Below are positions 21,964 to 38,400 of a DNA stretch of 64,000 nt, one piece after another. Made by a program: the position numbers and the translations under genes. Under the pieces are notes generated by a model. That model was not told the origin of the DNA and made no database searches. It saw nothing but the letters and a program-made list of their open reading frames with translations. The stretch comes from the human T2T-CHM13v2.0 reference genome, Homo sapiens: NCBI RefSeq assembly GCF_009914755.1, contig NC_060948.1; one strand, written 5' to 3'. The stretch's first letter is position 1. Every line of letters begins with the position of its first letter.

Positions 21964-23219
21964 TAAAAATTCACTTTTTAATGTGTGCGACCACTTTTGC
22001 CGAAGCTCCAGTCTTGTCAATTGTTGTTGTTTTCTCTGGTATATCTAAATAGTTGTAGCAGAAGCTGTAGTCAGCAAGACAAAGAGTGAGCATGGGTGTA
22101 AAACTCAGGAAGTTGAAGTAGGCAGTGAATAGTTAGCCATTTTAACAGCCATTCAGGAAGTGAACAGTCAGCCATGGTAACAGTTGATTTTGTATAGAAA
22201 CAAGGTCTGAGGTTGATGTATATAGTACCTTCCTAGAGGAAATTTAATCAATTGGAAGGTAATTTATCAGATGGTTTTGGGGAAAGATGAGATTCAGGGA
22301 AACTATACACAGCTGAATAGGAGCTTTTCTCTGTGCAATTTGCTATATCTCAGTGGTGCCCACACATGATCAAGTGGTTAACTTCAGGAGTTCTTCGTTT
22401 AGGGTTATTTTGTCTGGGTTTTTTTATGCTGCTGCATTATGCAATCCCAGGCATCAACCTCTGAAGGCTTGTACTCTTGTAATGTGGTGTCTTACCTGTG
22501 GGCATTTGTAAGAGAATGAATAGAAGATGAAGTACTCTACTTAGACATGTGTGATGTCTTTCTCCACCTAGGTTTCTGTGAGAAAACTAATGAAGAACTT
22601 TTGGTTCTGTCTGTTCTAAGAGACAATCCTTGCTCTCTCCAGGAATTTCACTAAAACAGGATGTGGGTGCTTTGAAGAAGCCAGTAATTGTACAGTTTAA
22701 TGCACAAGCAATTTAGGCAAAAGAGTCAAGAATAAGTTGTGAATTTGACCCCTTGGAAAGGAAAAGACAGACAATGTTTCTGAAAATAAAAGCTTTTGAA
22801 CATAAAGTAGATAAATTTCATGGAAGCAATCTTCTACGTTTCATGGTAATTTTCATTTCTGTTTCAACTGCTCCTTCAGATAAAATTACAGTGGAGTTTG
22901 CCTTTCTATTTAACCAGTTTCTGGATACAAAGTCTCCTGAAATCTTCAAGTATTGACAGCCTTGGAAATCTCACTTACAGAAAAGGCACCTCTAAACCAT
23001 ATGTGTCTTGTGTTTCTTTATAAAAAGAAATCCAGTAGGCCATTAGGCCAGTATATACCTGGCTAGTCATCCTACCATTTAACATTAACATGGATAAAAA
23101 AGAAAGGGCTTTGCTCAACTGCTGTTACAAAAGTCCATTGACATATTTTTGGTAAAAAATTTTGGTAAACAAGTATAGGAAGTCAGGATAATTGCTCACT
23201 GGTTTCCATCTCCTATTGG

Positions 23220-23505
23220 TTGGGATACATGTGCAGTTTTGTTACATGAGTATATTGCAAAATGCTGGGATTTGGGCTTCTATTGAATCTATCACTCAAA
23301 GAGATACTACTCACACTATTCAGTAGGTAGTTTCTCTTTATCTCCTTCCCTCTGTCACTCTCCCTTTATAAAAGTTTTTAGTATCTGTTGTTTTCATCAT
23401 CTGTGTTCATGCATACACATTGTATACCTCGAGCTTGTAAGCGAAAACATGCAGTATTTGAATTTCTGTTTCTGCATTAATTCACTTAGACCAATGACCT
23501 CTAGC
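23220..23505 (-). mobile_element. Old L1PA/PB 3' end
   Basis: tacatgtgcagttttgttacatg...aacatgcagtatttg. Confidence 0.75.
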
Positions 23506-23994
23506 ACTATTCTGTAGAACTCCACTCTACAGAGAAGCTGCTCTTGGAACTGTTCTGCTCTCTGAAGACAACCCATGATGGAGTGGCAATAACATGGAGC
23601 TTTGTCTGACTTTATTCTTCTCTTTCCTATGTCCAATTTAATTCAGTTTCACTGAGTAAGTTATTTTCCCTAACTCCTTTTCTAGACCAATCCTTCTGTT
23701 ACAAATCATGACTGCATAATTCATAGCAGCTTAGCACTGATCATTTTTGGAGACCCAGAAGGTGATTATACATTGCAATGATTGTACTGCATTTTGCAAA
23801 TACATATGGTTAGTGCATTGCAGGATACCATGCATAAACCAAGGTGAATTTCCAAACATCACACAAGGACCTTTAGAAATTCACCTGATGCAAGAGCAAT
23901 TATGTGCTAATAACAGGAAAAACAAAATAAAAACAAAAACACACCTGTATAGTGAGAAGTCTTCATGGAAAACAAGTACTCCTCATACTAAGTT

Positions 23995-25430
23995 GGTAGT
24001 TTTATAGTGTAGTTCACAGACCCCTGAGAGTCTCTGAACCATTTCACGGGTTAAGCAAAAACTATTTGGATAACAATGCTGAGATAACATTTTTCTTTTT
24101 CCCACTGGGTTTCCTTTGCATGGACAGTGCCAAAACAGTGCAGGGTGAAGCTACAAGTACCTTAGCACAAATCGATTCAGTCATACCAAACTGTGCTAAT
24201 TGCCATAGTATTGTTTCCTGCTATGCACTCATGGTTTATAAAAAGCCAGTACTACCGAAGAATGTCCCTGATGCAGCACAAAATGATCTTAACTGTCTTC
24301 AACCTTAATCCTGGGGCATAGATTCAACATTTGATGTGACAAGATAAGAACTGTGCACAAAGTAGTTCTCTAGATACCAAAGTGCAATTTTGTGTGAAGG
24401 AAAGCACTGTACAGATGTGGGAAGTGTGTGCTAAATTGGCCACTTTTTAAAGGATGCACAATCTTCACTTGAAATAATGACTCTTAGATAAAATATTGTC
24501 TTTTGGACTTGAGGATTTGGTAGACATTTTCTTAAAAGTGACCAAAGTGAGTCACTCTGGTCTCTTTCAATGTATTCTAAACATATATTCCAAAGATAAA
24601 TCCCAGACAGTAATTGTCAATGATAATCTTGGACAGCTTTCCAACACTTAAAGACTTTTCTGAGGAGATGTGTGGGATATTGACCAGTAAGATATTTTTA
24701 ATACTACCTAATAAATTGTGTGAATATTTGGATGACCTAAATAAATTTACTGAAACAATATTTTGTAAATAAACAAGGCATCATGATACAAAATTATGCA
24801 TAGCTAAAAGACCAAGTTTTCAATATATATTTATTGTTTTATGCTGTTCAACTGAAGCTAAGACACCCATTTGAAGCACATGATATATTCATGGATTTTA
24901 ACACAACAGTGTTTTAAAAAATAATGAATACTGATGACAGATTCCAAATTTCAAATAATCTTTAATAAACTTCTCTTTCTAGATTTTGTATCAAAGAAGA
25001 ATATCCACAATCATCTGAAAAGTTATTTAAAGATTCCTCCCTTTTCCAAATACATATCTGCACAAGACTGGGTTTCATTCATAGGGTGTAACCAAAACAA
25101 CAAATGACAGAAGTTCTGTGCAGAAGCAGTTATTAGAATCCCACCATTTTCTATTATGCTATTCTATTAAAAAGATTTGCAAGAGTGTGAACCAATAGCA
25201 TCCTTCTAATTTTTTTAATTTATTTTGTAAAATGTGTTTATTTTTCCGCATATCTGTTACTTATGCCATGACATAGCATTACTCAATCTATATTACAGAA
25301 ATGTCTAAGTTTCAATTTCCAAGATGGTAAATAACAATAAATAAAATCTCTGAGCATCTTGCAAAGCTCTTCAGGCTTCTTGATGCTCCTTAGGTATATA
25401 AAGGGGTTCTGAGATTAATACCTTCAAGCT
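23995..25430 (+). mobile_element. Charlie1a-like hAT DNA transposon fossil
   Basis: ORF 24066..24308 resembles hAT transposase (LCMDSAKTVQG...NCHSIVSCYAL); terminal sequences resemble Charlie1. Confidence 0.75.
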
Positions 25431-26048
25431 TTAAAATAGTAATCCTGAAACAGAGAGGATCATTAAAATCAACATGGTAGCTTTATATGTATGTTACCTC
25501 TGGCCCCAAGTTTTGAAAATTCTCACCCTGGGGAGTGATTGAAGCCATATGTCACTGCCCTTGCTGTGTTAAATTTAGTCACCATAGTATTTACAGGCAT
25601 GATTCATGGGATAAGCTTTACAAATAAAATAGGAATTTCATAGTGTATCATCCTTTATTAAAATATCAAAGAAGTCACTAATTTATGTTTTTTACACTAC
25701 TGGTTTTTAAACTTACTAATGTAAGTGGACATGGGTATTGTTTGGAAAACTATAAACAATCTTTTGTTGCTGTTTCTTCATGGAACTTGGTTGCTATTTT
25801 ATGTTTTTAACAGGACAGGGATCCGTCTTTTGTGTAATAGCACAAGTGGGCCTAGAGTCATTTTACTTGGATCCAGTGCTCAGAATATTAAATGTTCTTT
25901 TTCCTTTTTGTCTGTACTTGATTTACTTGGTCAGGCATAAAACTCAAATGTTGTTTATTAAGCTAGTTATAACTAAACAAGAACAGCTTGTTAAGTGCTG
26001 TCTATATAATTAAAGAAAACAGAGTATATTTAAAAGATATCATTTCTC

Positions 26049-26262
26049 TTTTTATTATTATACTTTAAGTTTTGCGTTACATGTGCACAATGTAGAGGTT
26101 AGTTACATATGTATACATGTGCAATGTTAGTGTGCTGCACCCAGTAACTCATCATTTAACATTAGATATATCTCCAAATGCTATCCCTCCCTCGTTCCCC
26201 CACCCCACAACAGGCCTCGGTGTGTGATGTTTCCCTTCCTGTGTCCATGTGTTCTCATTGTT
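26049..26262 (-). mobile_element. Short 5'-truncated L1PA 3' end
   Basis: Poly(T) plus 3'UTR reverse complement; possible TSD tcatttct. Confidence 0.9.
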
Positions 26263-27199
26263 CATTTCTTTATAATTCCTGCGTTATTCATCTTCTTGTG
26301 TGAAATTAAATAAATTGAGGAATAACATGAGCATTTTTGTTCATAATCTAGAAAAATCACTTAAAAATAACAGTGGCAAGGAGAGAAGGTAAAATGATTT
26401 AGGATAGATTTACAAAGGAAAGGATTTATAATAAGTGTCTTGACAAAACAGAAATGCATTCTGGAAAAGAATTCACCAAGATTCAATTTGATTGAAAAAC
26501 CTTTGCGCACCTGCGATGTATTCTACCACAGGTAGACTATGATTGAGAGATGCATAGAATATGGTAGTTTTCTTTTTTTGCAAGAATTTCAAGTCTAGAG
26601 TAAGGATTAGGAAGTTGGAGACTATTGCACATAATTTGAAATATTCTAGAAGTTTTTCCATAACAGGACTAGAGGAGCATTGCCCTATGGAAATGAGTAG
26701 AAAGGGTGTTAGACAAGATTAGCAGCAGCAAAAAAATAAACAGGTAGTAAAAACCATAGGAAATGAAACTTTGTGAAGGAAGAAGTAATATCATCTCAGC
26801 AGTGATTGCAGGGAACCATGAGCATTGTAAGGAAGAGGGAAAGACTCTGAAGAGGCAGAAACAGAAGAGACAGTTGGGTCTTAGAATAGATTTTGAGGGT
26901 ATCACACATGTTAATCTTTGATATCAGGATTCATAAAGGCTCCTGAATCCTACTTTTATATTTTAAGCAATTTCGACCAATATCCAATTACAAACCTGCA
27001 AAGCACTTCAAGTCTACCTGCTTTTCATCAACAGGAAATGCAATTCCTGTGGCATGTTCTTGGCCTGACAGTTGTTGGTGGGTAAGAAAAACCCCTGAAA
27101 TCTTCTTAAAGAAGATGGGTGATCTTCCCTGAGAGGCCATTTCCATTGTCACCCGTGGCATTTTATTATAAAAGAGTATGGCTTTCAACAATCACAGAG

Positions 27200-28903
<1,704 letters not shown>

Positions 28904-29559
28904 ACAATCACAGAGATTGGAATGTTGACAAGAGTTACAAAACCAATTTCCATCCAGTTTTTACCTGGAGGAACTTCATGGAATATGGTTAATTATGATG
29001 AGGTTGTCTATCAAGTCCAGAAAACCCATCTACTCTTGCCAGGTGAATTGGTGAACTTCAGATTCAGAGCCAGGGTTTCTATTGGTTCCGTCATTCCAGA
29101 AAGTCATTATAGCTAAACTTGCCTCGGGTTTTGGCGGGTAGACTCTGCCAGTGAAAAAGTCTCAAAGATGATATTTTTATGGCTCAGAATCACAAGGATT
29201 TTATAGTGTCCTGCCATTCTTTTAGATGTGAGATTCCAGACCGGGAATCTGCAGCACAGACACATGGGATTTTTTTTGTTTATGATTTGCTGGATTTTAT
29301 TAAGTTGATGCAAAAGTTATTTCAGTTTTTACCATTAGAAGTAATGACCAAAACTGCAATCAATTTTCCAAAAGCTTATTACTCATCGATTTATATTATA
29401 ATTATGTTGTCATTTTTGGGACAGAAAACACGCTTTATAAAAATAAAGGATTGCTATTTTCTAATTAACTGTAAGAAATATCTCATTTTTTCTTGGGTTT
29501 GATATACATTGTTCTATAATAAATGATATTATTGTTTGGAAGATATAGCCTTTATTATT

Positions 29560-31620
29560 GAAAGAGACAAAACAATATAAAATAAAACACACACACGTAC
29601 ACACACACAAACACACTCCCCAAAATAAAGTATAATTTACCTCACAAAATGTTTAGAAAGTCAGGCTAATGCAGATATTCCTTTAATTCAAAGTTTTTTA
29701 AAAACTTTAGGGAAGAATAATAAAAGAAAAGTACCCAATGTGCCAACAAATTTATTTATAAAGGGGAAATGAATTATTTCTTAGGAATGTATAAACTTCC
29801 AAAATTAATCTACACAATATAGAAAATTTTAATAAGCTTAAGAAGTCTGTCATTATAAACGCCAGTGAATGGGTTTATGGACGGGTTTGTCGCTGATTTA
29901 CCTGTGTCCTTATTTGATTCCTAATTCTAGTTCAATATATACTAGTATTTCTGATAGTACCACAGAGTGCTGGTCGACCAGCAGTATCAGCCTCACCGGG
30001 GAGCATGTTAGAAATGACAGCCCCCAGGACCCATTTGGTGATGACTGAGTTGAAGAGCATTGGTGATGGGAGCAGAAATCTATAATTTTAAAAACTTTCT
30101 AGGTGCCTTGTGCATGCTAAAGTTTGAGAAGCAGTGGTTTTAAATATTCTAGAAATAGAAAATATTTAAATTATCCAAATTCATTTTAAACATGAGTATA
30201 ACATTAATGAAAATTGAATGGTTAAGATTTTAAAAAAACTAAAGTAATTTTTATTATGAACACACATGAAAAATTCTGAATAAAATATTCGCAGTCATTA
30301 TGCAGGTCTAGCTCCAAAGAATAATGTATTACAATCAAGTAAAATTTATTCCATAAATGATAAGAGTCTCAACATGAGAAATTACAACAGCATAACTGAT
30401 GATTAAAAAAAATTGAAAGAGAAAAAACACATAACTATATCAATGGGTGTCAGACAAGTGTTTGATAGTTAAAACAGCCTGTAAAAATAAAAAATCTAAG
30501 TGAAACAGATATAGAAAGCAGCTGCTTAAATATGATAATATTATTTAACCATAACAATCATCAGTCTAATAGCAAGATTCTAGAAAATTTATTTTACAGT
30601 TAAATACAGAAATGAGATATTAGCTGTCATCACTATTATCAATATTTAGTTTAGACAACAAAACACAAAAGAAAAAGGTAAAATTTATGTCAAGATTAGA
30701 ACATGAGTCAAAATTATTCAGTCAGAATATTTTTGGAAACTAATATAAAGTAACTAGAATTAAGTAAACCTTGTCACGTTGAATTAGCAACATCAGCACA
30801 AATTAAATACATAAGTCAATAGTTTTTATCCCATGATGATAATAATCTCTTTTAAATATTAAAAAATACCAACTCATAATGTTGAAAATGATTAATTCTT
30901 GGAAAGTATTCTAATAAAAAAATATTTAGAATTTATATTCAAAAAACTGTACAGTCTTGTTAAGTACAAAATATAAAACCTGAACATCTGTAGAAATAGT
31001 TCATTATCCTGGATTTGAATATTTAATTTTATAAATACATAAATATGTAAATTGGATGCATTCTAATAAAAATCCAAATGAGTGAGAAGAAGACATTGAT
31101 TACATATTCTTAATGTTTCACTAAGAATCTTAATTAGCTTAATCTCAATAGCAAAATATCTTGTGAAAAATAATAGTGTCTGTACAACGATATATGTGGG
31201 TGTGTGCTGCTGTACCTGTCTACATGTGTGTAATTCACCAGAAATGGACACTTACCATGAAGTCCCTGCTAATTAAAGCAGATAATATTAGTGAAGAAAT
31301 GGATAAATATATTAATTAAACTACAGAGATTACTGATCTATGTGTGTGTTTACACATTCATACAGATATAAACTTATGAAATAAACAAAAATACATCTTA
31401 AATATACATATATATAACCAAGGTAACAGTATAATGCATTGGAAACAAGCTGTTATGATTGATTTCTTTGATATCTACCTCTATTATGAAAAAAATTCTT
31501 TATGTCTGCATTGTTACAGGCAATCATATTTACAAGCAAATTACACAAGAGTTTGATTATAAATGAAAATATATATACTATTATGAGAAAATTGAACAGA
31601 TAAATTGTTGACTCTGGAGA
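29560..31620 (+). mobile_element. Highly decayed mammalian-wide L1 (L1M) ORF2 fragments
   Basis: A-rich sequence with residual L1 words (gaaaaattctgaataaaatattcgca; gaaaaaacacataactatatcaat). Confidence 0.6.
29955..30137. mobile_element. MER5A-like hAT MITE
   Basis: gaccagcagtatcagcctcacc...tgttagaaatg...aaagtttgagaagcagtg. Confidence 0.75.
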
Positions 31621-31860
31621 CACCTTTTAACCTTTCCTTTTGTTATGTAAACTAATTTGTAGTCACTTTTCTTATATTTATAGTCATTTTATTTTGGGCC
31701 TTTTGTTGTTAGTGGAAGGTGTTTTTATTGCTACATTGGACAAGAAAAGATGTCTACTAAGCTACCAACACCACAGGATTTCAAGGCCTCAATTTTGTAC
31801 TCAACAAGCTGTATATTATATTTTGAGAAGTCACAAATGCAAGTTATTGACATGTAGTTA

Positions 31861-32040
<180 letters not shown>

Positions 32041-32448
32041 TTAAGGAGAGACAACACTTTAATAGCAATTGATGCACGAAAGCACTGTAAAAAGAACGTT
32101 CAATTTTTCTTGCTCTCTGAAAATGTCCAGGCCATGTGATTTGTGCCTGTTGCATAAAACAGCACAAAATAAAGAAGTCATGGGGATAGAGTCTAATAAA
32201 ACGATATGTCGTCAGCACAAAAAAACAAGCAAACAAAAAACAAACAAGCAGCAGGAAAAACAATTACAACTTTACATAATAAAATAAATACAACTTTACA
32301 TAATAAAATTTACAACTTTGCATAATTAAAAAAAGTGTTCAGGTAACTATAAAATGCAGACATGTTAGATTTGCTGCCAGGAGAAGGGAAGATGAGTAAA
32401 AGAATGAGAAATTAAAAAGAAAAAAGAGGCTGGGCTCGGTGGCTCACA

Positions 32449-35400
32449 CAACTAATACCACTACTTATAGGATTAGGAATAGCCACTGCTACAGAAACCA
32501 GAATAGTTAGTTTATCTACTTCATTATCCTACTACCATACACTCTCAAAGGACTTCTCAGACAGTTTTCAAGAAATAAAATCTATCCTTACTCTGCAATC
32601 TCAAATAGGCTCTTTGGCAGCAGTGACTCTTCAAATCCATTGAGGCCTAGACCTCACTGCTGAAAAAAGCTGAAAAAAGGAGGACTCTGTCTTCTTGAGG
32701 GAAGAGTGTCATTTTTACACTAACCAGTTCAAGGATAGTACAAGATGCTGCCTGGCATTTACAGGAAAAGGCTTCTGAAAACAAACAACACCTTTCAAAC
32801 TCTTTTTTAAATTATTATTTTACTTTAAGTTCCAGGGTACATGTGCACATCGTGCAGGTTTATTACATATGCACACATGTACCATGTTGGTGTGCTGCAC
32901 CGATGAACTCGTCATTTACTTTAGTTATATCTCCTAATGCTTTCCATAACCCCTCCCCCGACCCCATGACAGGCCCGGTGTGTGATGTTCTCCTTCCTGT
33001 GTCCAAGTCTTCTCGTTGTTCAATTCCCACCTATGAGTGAGAACATGTGGTGTTTGGTTTTTTGTCCTTGCAATAGTTTGCGGAGAATTATGGTTTCCAG
33101 CTTCATCCATGTCCCTACAAAGGACATAAACTCATCATTTTTTTATGGCTGCATAGTATTCCATCGTGTATATGTGACACATTTTCTTAACCCAGTCTAT
33201 CATTGATGGACATTTGGGTTGGGTCCAAGTCTTTGCTATTGTGAATAGTGCCCCAATAAACATACATGTGCATGTGTCTTTATAGCAACATGATTTATAA
33301 TCCTTTGGGTATATACCCAGTAATGGGATGGCTGGGTCAAATGATATTTCTAGTTCTAGATCCCTGAGGAATTGCCATACTGACTTCCACAATGGTTGAA
33401 CTAGTTTACAGTCCCATCAACAGTGTAAAACTGTTCCTATTTCTCTAGAACCTCTCCAGCACTTGTTGTTTCCTGTTTTATGATTGCCATTCTAACTGGT
33501 GTGAGATGGTATCTCATTGTGGTTTTGATTTGCATTTCTCTGATGGCCAGTGATGAGCTTTTTTCATGTGTCTGTTGCCTGCATAAATGTCTTCTTTTGA
33601 GAAGTGTCTGTTCATATCCTTCGCCCACTTTTTGATGGGATTGCTTGATTTTTTTCTTGTAAATTTGTTTGAGTTCATTGTAAATTCTGGATATTAGCCC
33701 TTTGTCAGATGAGTAGATTGTAAAAATGTTCTCCCATTCTGTAGGTTTCCTGTTCTCTGATGGTAGTTTCTTTTGCTGTGCAGAAGCTTTTTAGTTAGAT
33801 TAGATCCCATTTGTCAATGTTGTCTTTTGTTGCCATTGCTTTTGGTGTTTTAGACATGAAGTCCTTGCCCATGCCTATGTCCTGAATTGTAATGCCTAGG
33901 TTTTCTTCTAGGGTTTTTATGGCTTTAGGTCTAACATTTAAATCTTTAATCAATCTTGAATTAATTGTAGTGTAAGGCGTAAAGAATGGATCCAGTTTCA
34001 GCTTTCTACATATGGATAACAAGTTTTCCCAGCATCATTTATTAGATAGGGAATCTTTTCCCCATTTCTTGTTTTTGTCAGGTTTGTCAAAGTTCAGATG
34101 GTTGTAGATGTGTGGCATTATCTCTGAGGGTTCTATTCTGTTCCATCGGTCTATATATCTGTTTTCGTACCAGTACCATGCTGTTTTGTTTACTGTAGCC
34201 CCTTGTAGTACACTTTGAAGTCAGGTAGTGTGATGCCTCCAGCTTTGTTCTTCTGGCTTAAGATTGTCTTGGCAATGTGAGCTTTTTTTTGGTTCTATAT
34301 GAACTTCAAAGTAGTTTTTTCCAATTCTATGAAGAAAGTCTTTGGTAGCTTGATGGGGATGGCATTGAATCTATAAATTACTTTGGGCATTATGGCCATT
34401 TTCATGATATTGATTCTTCCTATCCATGAGCATGTAATCTTCTTCCATTTGTTTGTGTCCTCATTTGTTTCATTGAGCAGTGGTTAGTAGTTCTCCTTGA
34501 AGAGGTCATTCACATCCCTTGTAAGATGGATTGCTAGATAATCTATTCTCTTTGAAGCAATTGTGAATTTGAATTCACTCATAATTTCACTGTTTGTCTG
34601 TTATTGGTGTGTAAGAAGGCTTGTGATTTTTTCACATTGATTTTGTATCCTGAGCCTTTGCTGAAGCTGCTTATCTGCTTAAGGAGATTTTAGGCTGAGA
34701 TGATGGGGTTTTCTAAATATACAACCATGTCATCTACAAACAGGACAATTTGACTTCCTTTTTTCCTAATTGAGCACCTTTTATTTCTTTCTCCTTCTTG
34801 ATTGCCCTGTCCAGAACTTCCACCACTATGTTGAAAAGGAGTGGTGAGAGATGGCATCACTGTCTTGTGCCAGTTTTCAAAGGGAATGCTTCCAGTGTTT
34901 GCCCATGCAGTATCATATTGGCTGTGGGTTTGTCATAAATAGCTCTTATTATTTTGAGATACATCCCATGAATACCTAATTTATCGACAGTTTTTAGCAT
35001 GAAGGGCTGTTGAATTTTGTCAAAGGCCTTTTCTGCATCTATTGAGATAATCACATGGTTTTTGTCTTTGGTTCTGTTTATACGCTGGATTACATTTATT
35101 GATTTGCATATGTTGAACCAGCCTTGCATCCCAGGGGTGAAGCCCACTTGATCACGGTGGATAAGCTTTTTGATGTGCTCCTGGATTTGGTTTGCCAGTA
35201 TTTTATTGAGGATGTTTGCATCAAGATTCATCAGGGATATTGGTCTAATATTGTTTTATTTTGTTGTGTCTCTGATAGGCTTTGGTATCAGGATGATGCT
35301 GGCATCATAAAATGAGTTAGAGAGGAGTCCCTGTTTTTCTATTGATTGGAATGGTTTCAGGAGGAATGGTTCCAGCTCCTCTTTGTACCTCTGGTGGAAT

Positions 35401-38400
35401 TTGGCTGTGAATCCAACTGGTCCTGGACTTTTTTGGTTGGTAACCTATTAATTATTGCCTCAATTTCAGAGCCTGTTATTGGTCTATTCAGGTATTCAAC
35501 TTCTTCCTGGTTTAGTCTTGGGAGGGTGTATGTGTCGAGGAATTTATCCATTTCTTCTAGATTTTCTAGTTTATTTATGCAGAGGTGTTTATTGTGTTCT
35601 CTGATGGTAGTTTGTATTTCTGTGGGATTGGTGGCTATATACCCTTTATCATTTTTTATTGCGTCTATTTGATTCCTCTCTCTTGTCTTCTTTATTAGTC
35701 TTGCTAGAAGTCTATCAATTTTGTTGATCTTTTCAAAAAACCAGCTCCTGGATTCATTGAGTATTTGAAGGGTTTTTGGTGTCTCTATTTCCTTCAGTTC
35801 TGCTCTGATCTTAGTTATTTCTTGCTTTCTGCTAGCTTTTGAATGTGTTTGCTCTTGCTTCTCTAGGTCTTTTAATTGTGATGTTAGGATGTGAATTTTA
35901 GATCTTTCCTACTTTCTTTATCGCATTTAGTGCTACAAATTTCCCTCTTCACACTGCTTTAATTTCAGATATTCTGGTATGTTGTGCCTTGGTTCTCATT
36001 GGTTTCAAAGAACATATTTATTTCTGCCTTCAGTTCATTAGGGACTCAGTAGTCATTGAGGAGCAGGTTGTTCTGTTTCCATGTAGTTGAACGGCTTTGA
36101 GTGAGTTTCTTAATCCTGAGTTCTAGTTTGATTACACTGTGGTCTGAGAGATAGTTTGTTATAATTTCTCTTCTATTACATTTGCTGAGGAGTGCTTCAC
36201 TTCCAACTATGTGGCCAATTTTGGAATAAGTGCAATGTGGTGCTGGGAAGAATGTATATTCTGTTGATTTGGGGTGGAGAGTTCTGTAGGTGTCTATTAG
36301 GTCTGCTTGATGCAGAGCTGAGTTCAATTCCTGGATATCCTTGTTAACTTTCTGTCTCGTTGATCTGTCTAATGTTGAGAGTGGGGTGATAATGTCTCCC
36401 ATTATTATTGTGTGGGAGTCTAAGTCTCTTTGTAGGTCTCTAAGGACTTTATGTATCTGGGTGCTCCTGTATTGGGTGCATATATATTTAGGATAGTTAA
36501 TCCTTCTTGTTGAATTTATTCTTTTACCATTATGCAATGGACTTCTTTGTCCTTTTGATCTTCATTTGTTTAAAGTCTGTTTTATTAGAGACTGGGATTG
36601 CAACCTCTGCCTTTTTTTGTTTTCCATTTGCTTGGTGGATCTTCCTCCATCCCTTTATTGTGAGCCTATGTTTGTCTCTGCATGTGAGATGGATTTCCTG
36701 AATACAGCACACTGATGGGTCTTGACTCTTTATCCAATTTGCCAGTCTGTGTCTTCTAATAGGAGCATTTAGCCCATTTACATTTAAGGTTAATATTGTT
36801 GTGTGTGAATTTGTTCCTGTCATTATGATGTTAGCTGGTTATTTTCCTCATTAGTTGATGCACTTTCTTCCTACTATCGATGGTCTTTACAATTTGTCAT
36901 GTGTTTTCAGTGGCTGGTACCAGTTGCTCTTTTTCGTGTTTAGTGCTTCCTTCAGGGGCTCTTTTAGGCAGGCCTGGTGGTGACAAAATCTCTCAGCATT
37001 TACTTATCTGTAAAGGATTTTGTTTCTCCTTCACTTATGAAGCTGAGTTTGGCTGGATATGAAATTCTGGGTTGAAAATTCTTTGCTTTAGGAATGTTGA
37101 ATATTGGCCCCCACTCTCTTCTGGTTTATAGAGTTTCTGCCAAGAGGTCTGCTGTTAGTTTGATTGGCTTCCCTTTGTGGGTAACCTGACCTTTCTCTCT
37201 GGCTACCCTTAAGATTTTTTCCTTCATTTCAACTTTGGTGAATCTGACAATTATGTGTCTTGGAGTTGCTCTTCTTGAGGAGTATCTTTGTGGTGTTCTC
37301 TGTATTTCCTGAATTTGAATGTTGGCCTGCCTTGCTAGGTTGGGGAAGTTCTCCTGGAGAACTTCCTGCAGAGAGTTTTCAAGCTTGGTTCCATTGTCCC
37401 CATCACTTTCAGGTACATCAGTCAGACGTACATTTGGTATTTTCATATAGTTCCATATTTCTTCTAGGCTTTGTTCATTTCTTTTTACTCTTTTTTTCTC
37501 TAAACTTCTCTTCTCACTTCATTTCATTCATTTGATCTTCAATCCCTGATACCCTTTCTTCCAGTTGATTGAATCGGCTACTGAAACTTATGCATTCATC
37601 ATGTACATCTCATGCCATGGTTTTCAGCTCCATCAGGTCATTTAAGGACTTCTCTACACTGGTTATTCTAGTTAGCCATTCATCTAATCTTTTTTCCAGG
37701 TTTTCAGCTTATTTGTGATGGGTTTGAACTTCCTCCTTTAGCTCAGAGAAGTTTGATTGTCTGAAGTCTTCTTCTCTCAACTCGTTGAAGTCATTCTCCT
37801 TCCAGCTTTGTTCCATTGCTGGCAAGGAGCTGCGTTCCTTTGGAGGGGGAGAGGTGCTCTAATTTTTATAATTTTCAGCTTTTCTGCTCTGTTTTTTTGC
37901 CATCTTTGCGGTTTTATCTACCTTTGGTCTTTGATGATGGTGATGTACAGATGTGGTTTTGGTGTGGATGTCCCTTCTGTTTGTTAGTTTTCCTTCTAAT
38001 AGTCAGGACCCTCAGCTGCAGGTCTGTTGGATTTGCTGGAAGTCCATTCCAGATGCTGTTTGCCTGGGTATCAGCATCAGAGGCTGCAGAACAGTGAATA
38101 TTGCTGAAGAGAAAATGTTGCTGCCTGATCGTTCCTCTGGAAGGTTCATCTCAGGGGGGTATCTGGCTGTGTGAGGTGTCATTCTGCCCCTACTGATGGG
38201 TGCCTCCCAGTTAGCGTACTTGGGGGTCAGGGGCCCACTTGAAGATGCAGTCTGTCCATTCTCAGATCTCAAACTCCATGCTGGGAGAACAACTACTCTC
38301 TTCAAAGCTGTCAAACAGGAATATTTAAGTCCACCGAGGTTTCTGCTGCCTTTTGTTTGGCTATGCCCTGCCCCCAGAGGTGGAGTCTACAGAGGTAGGC

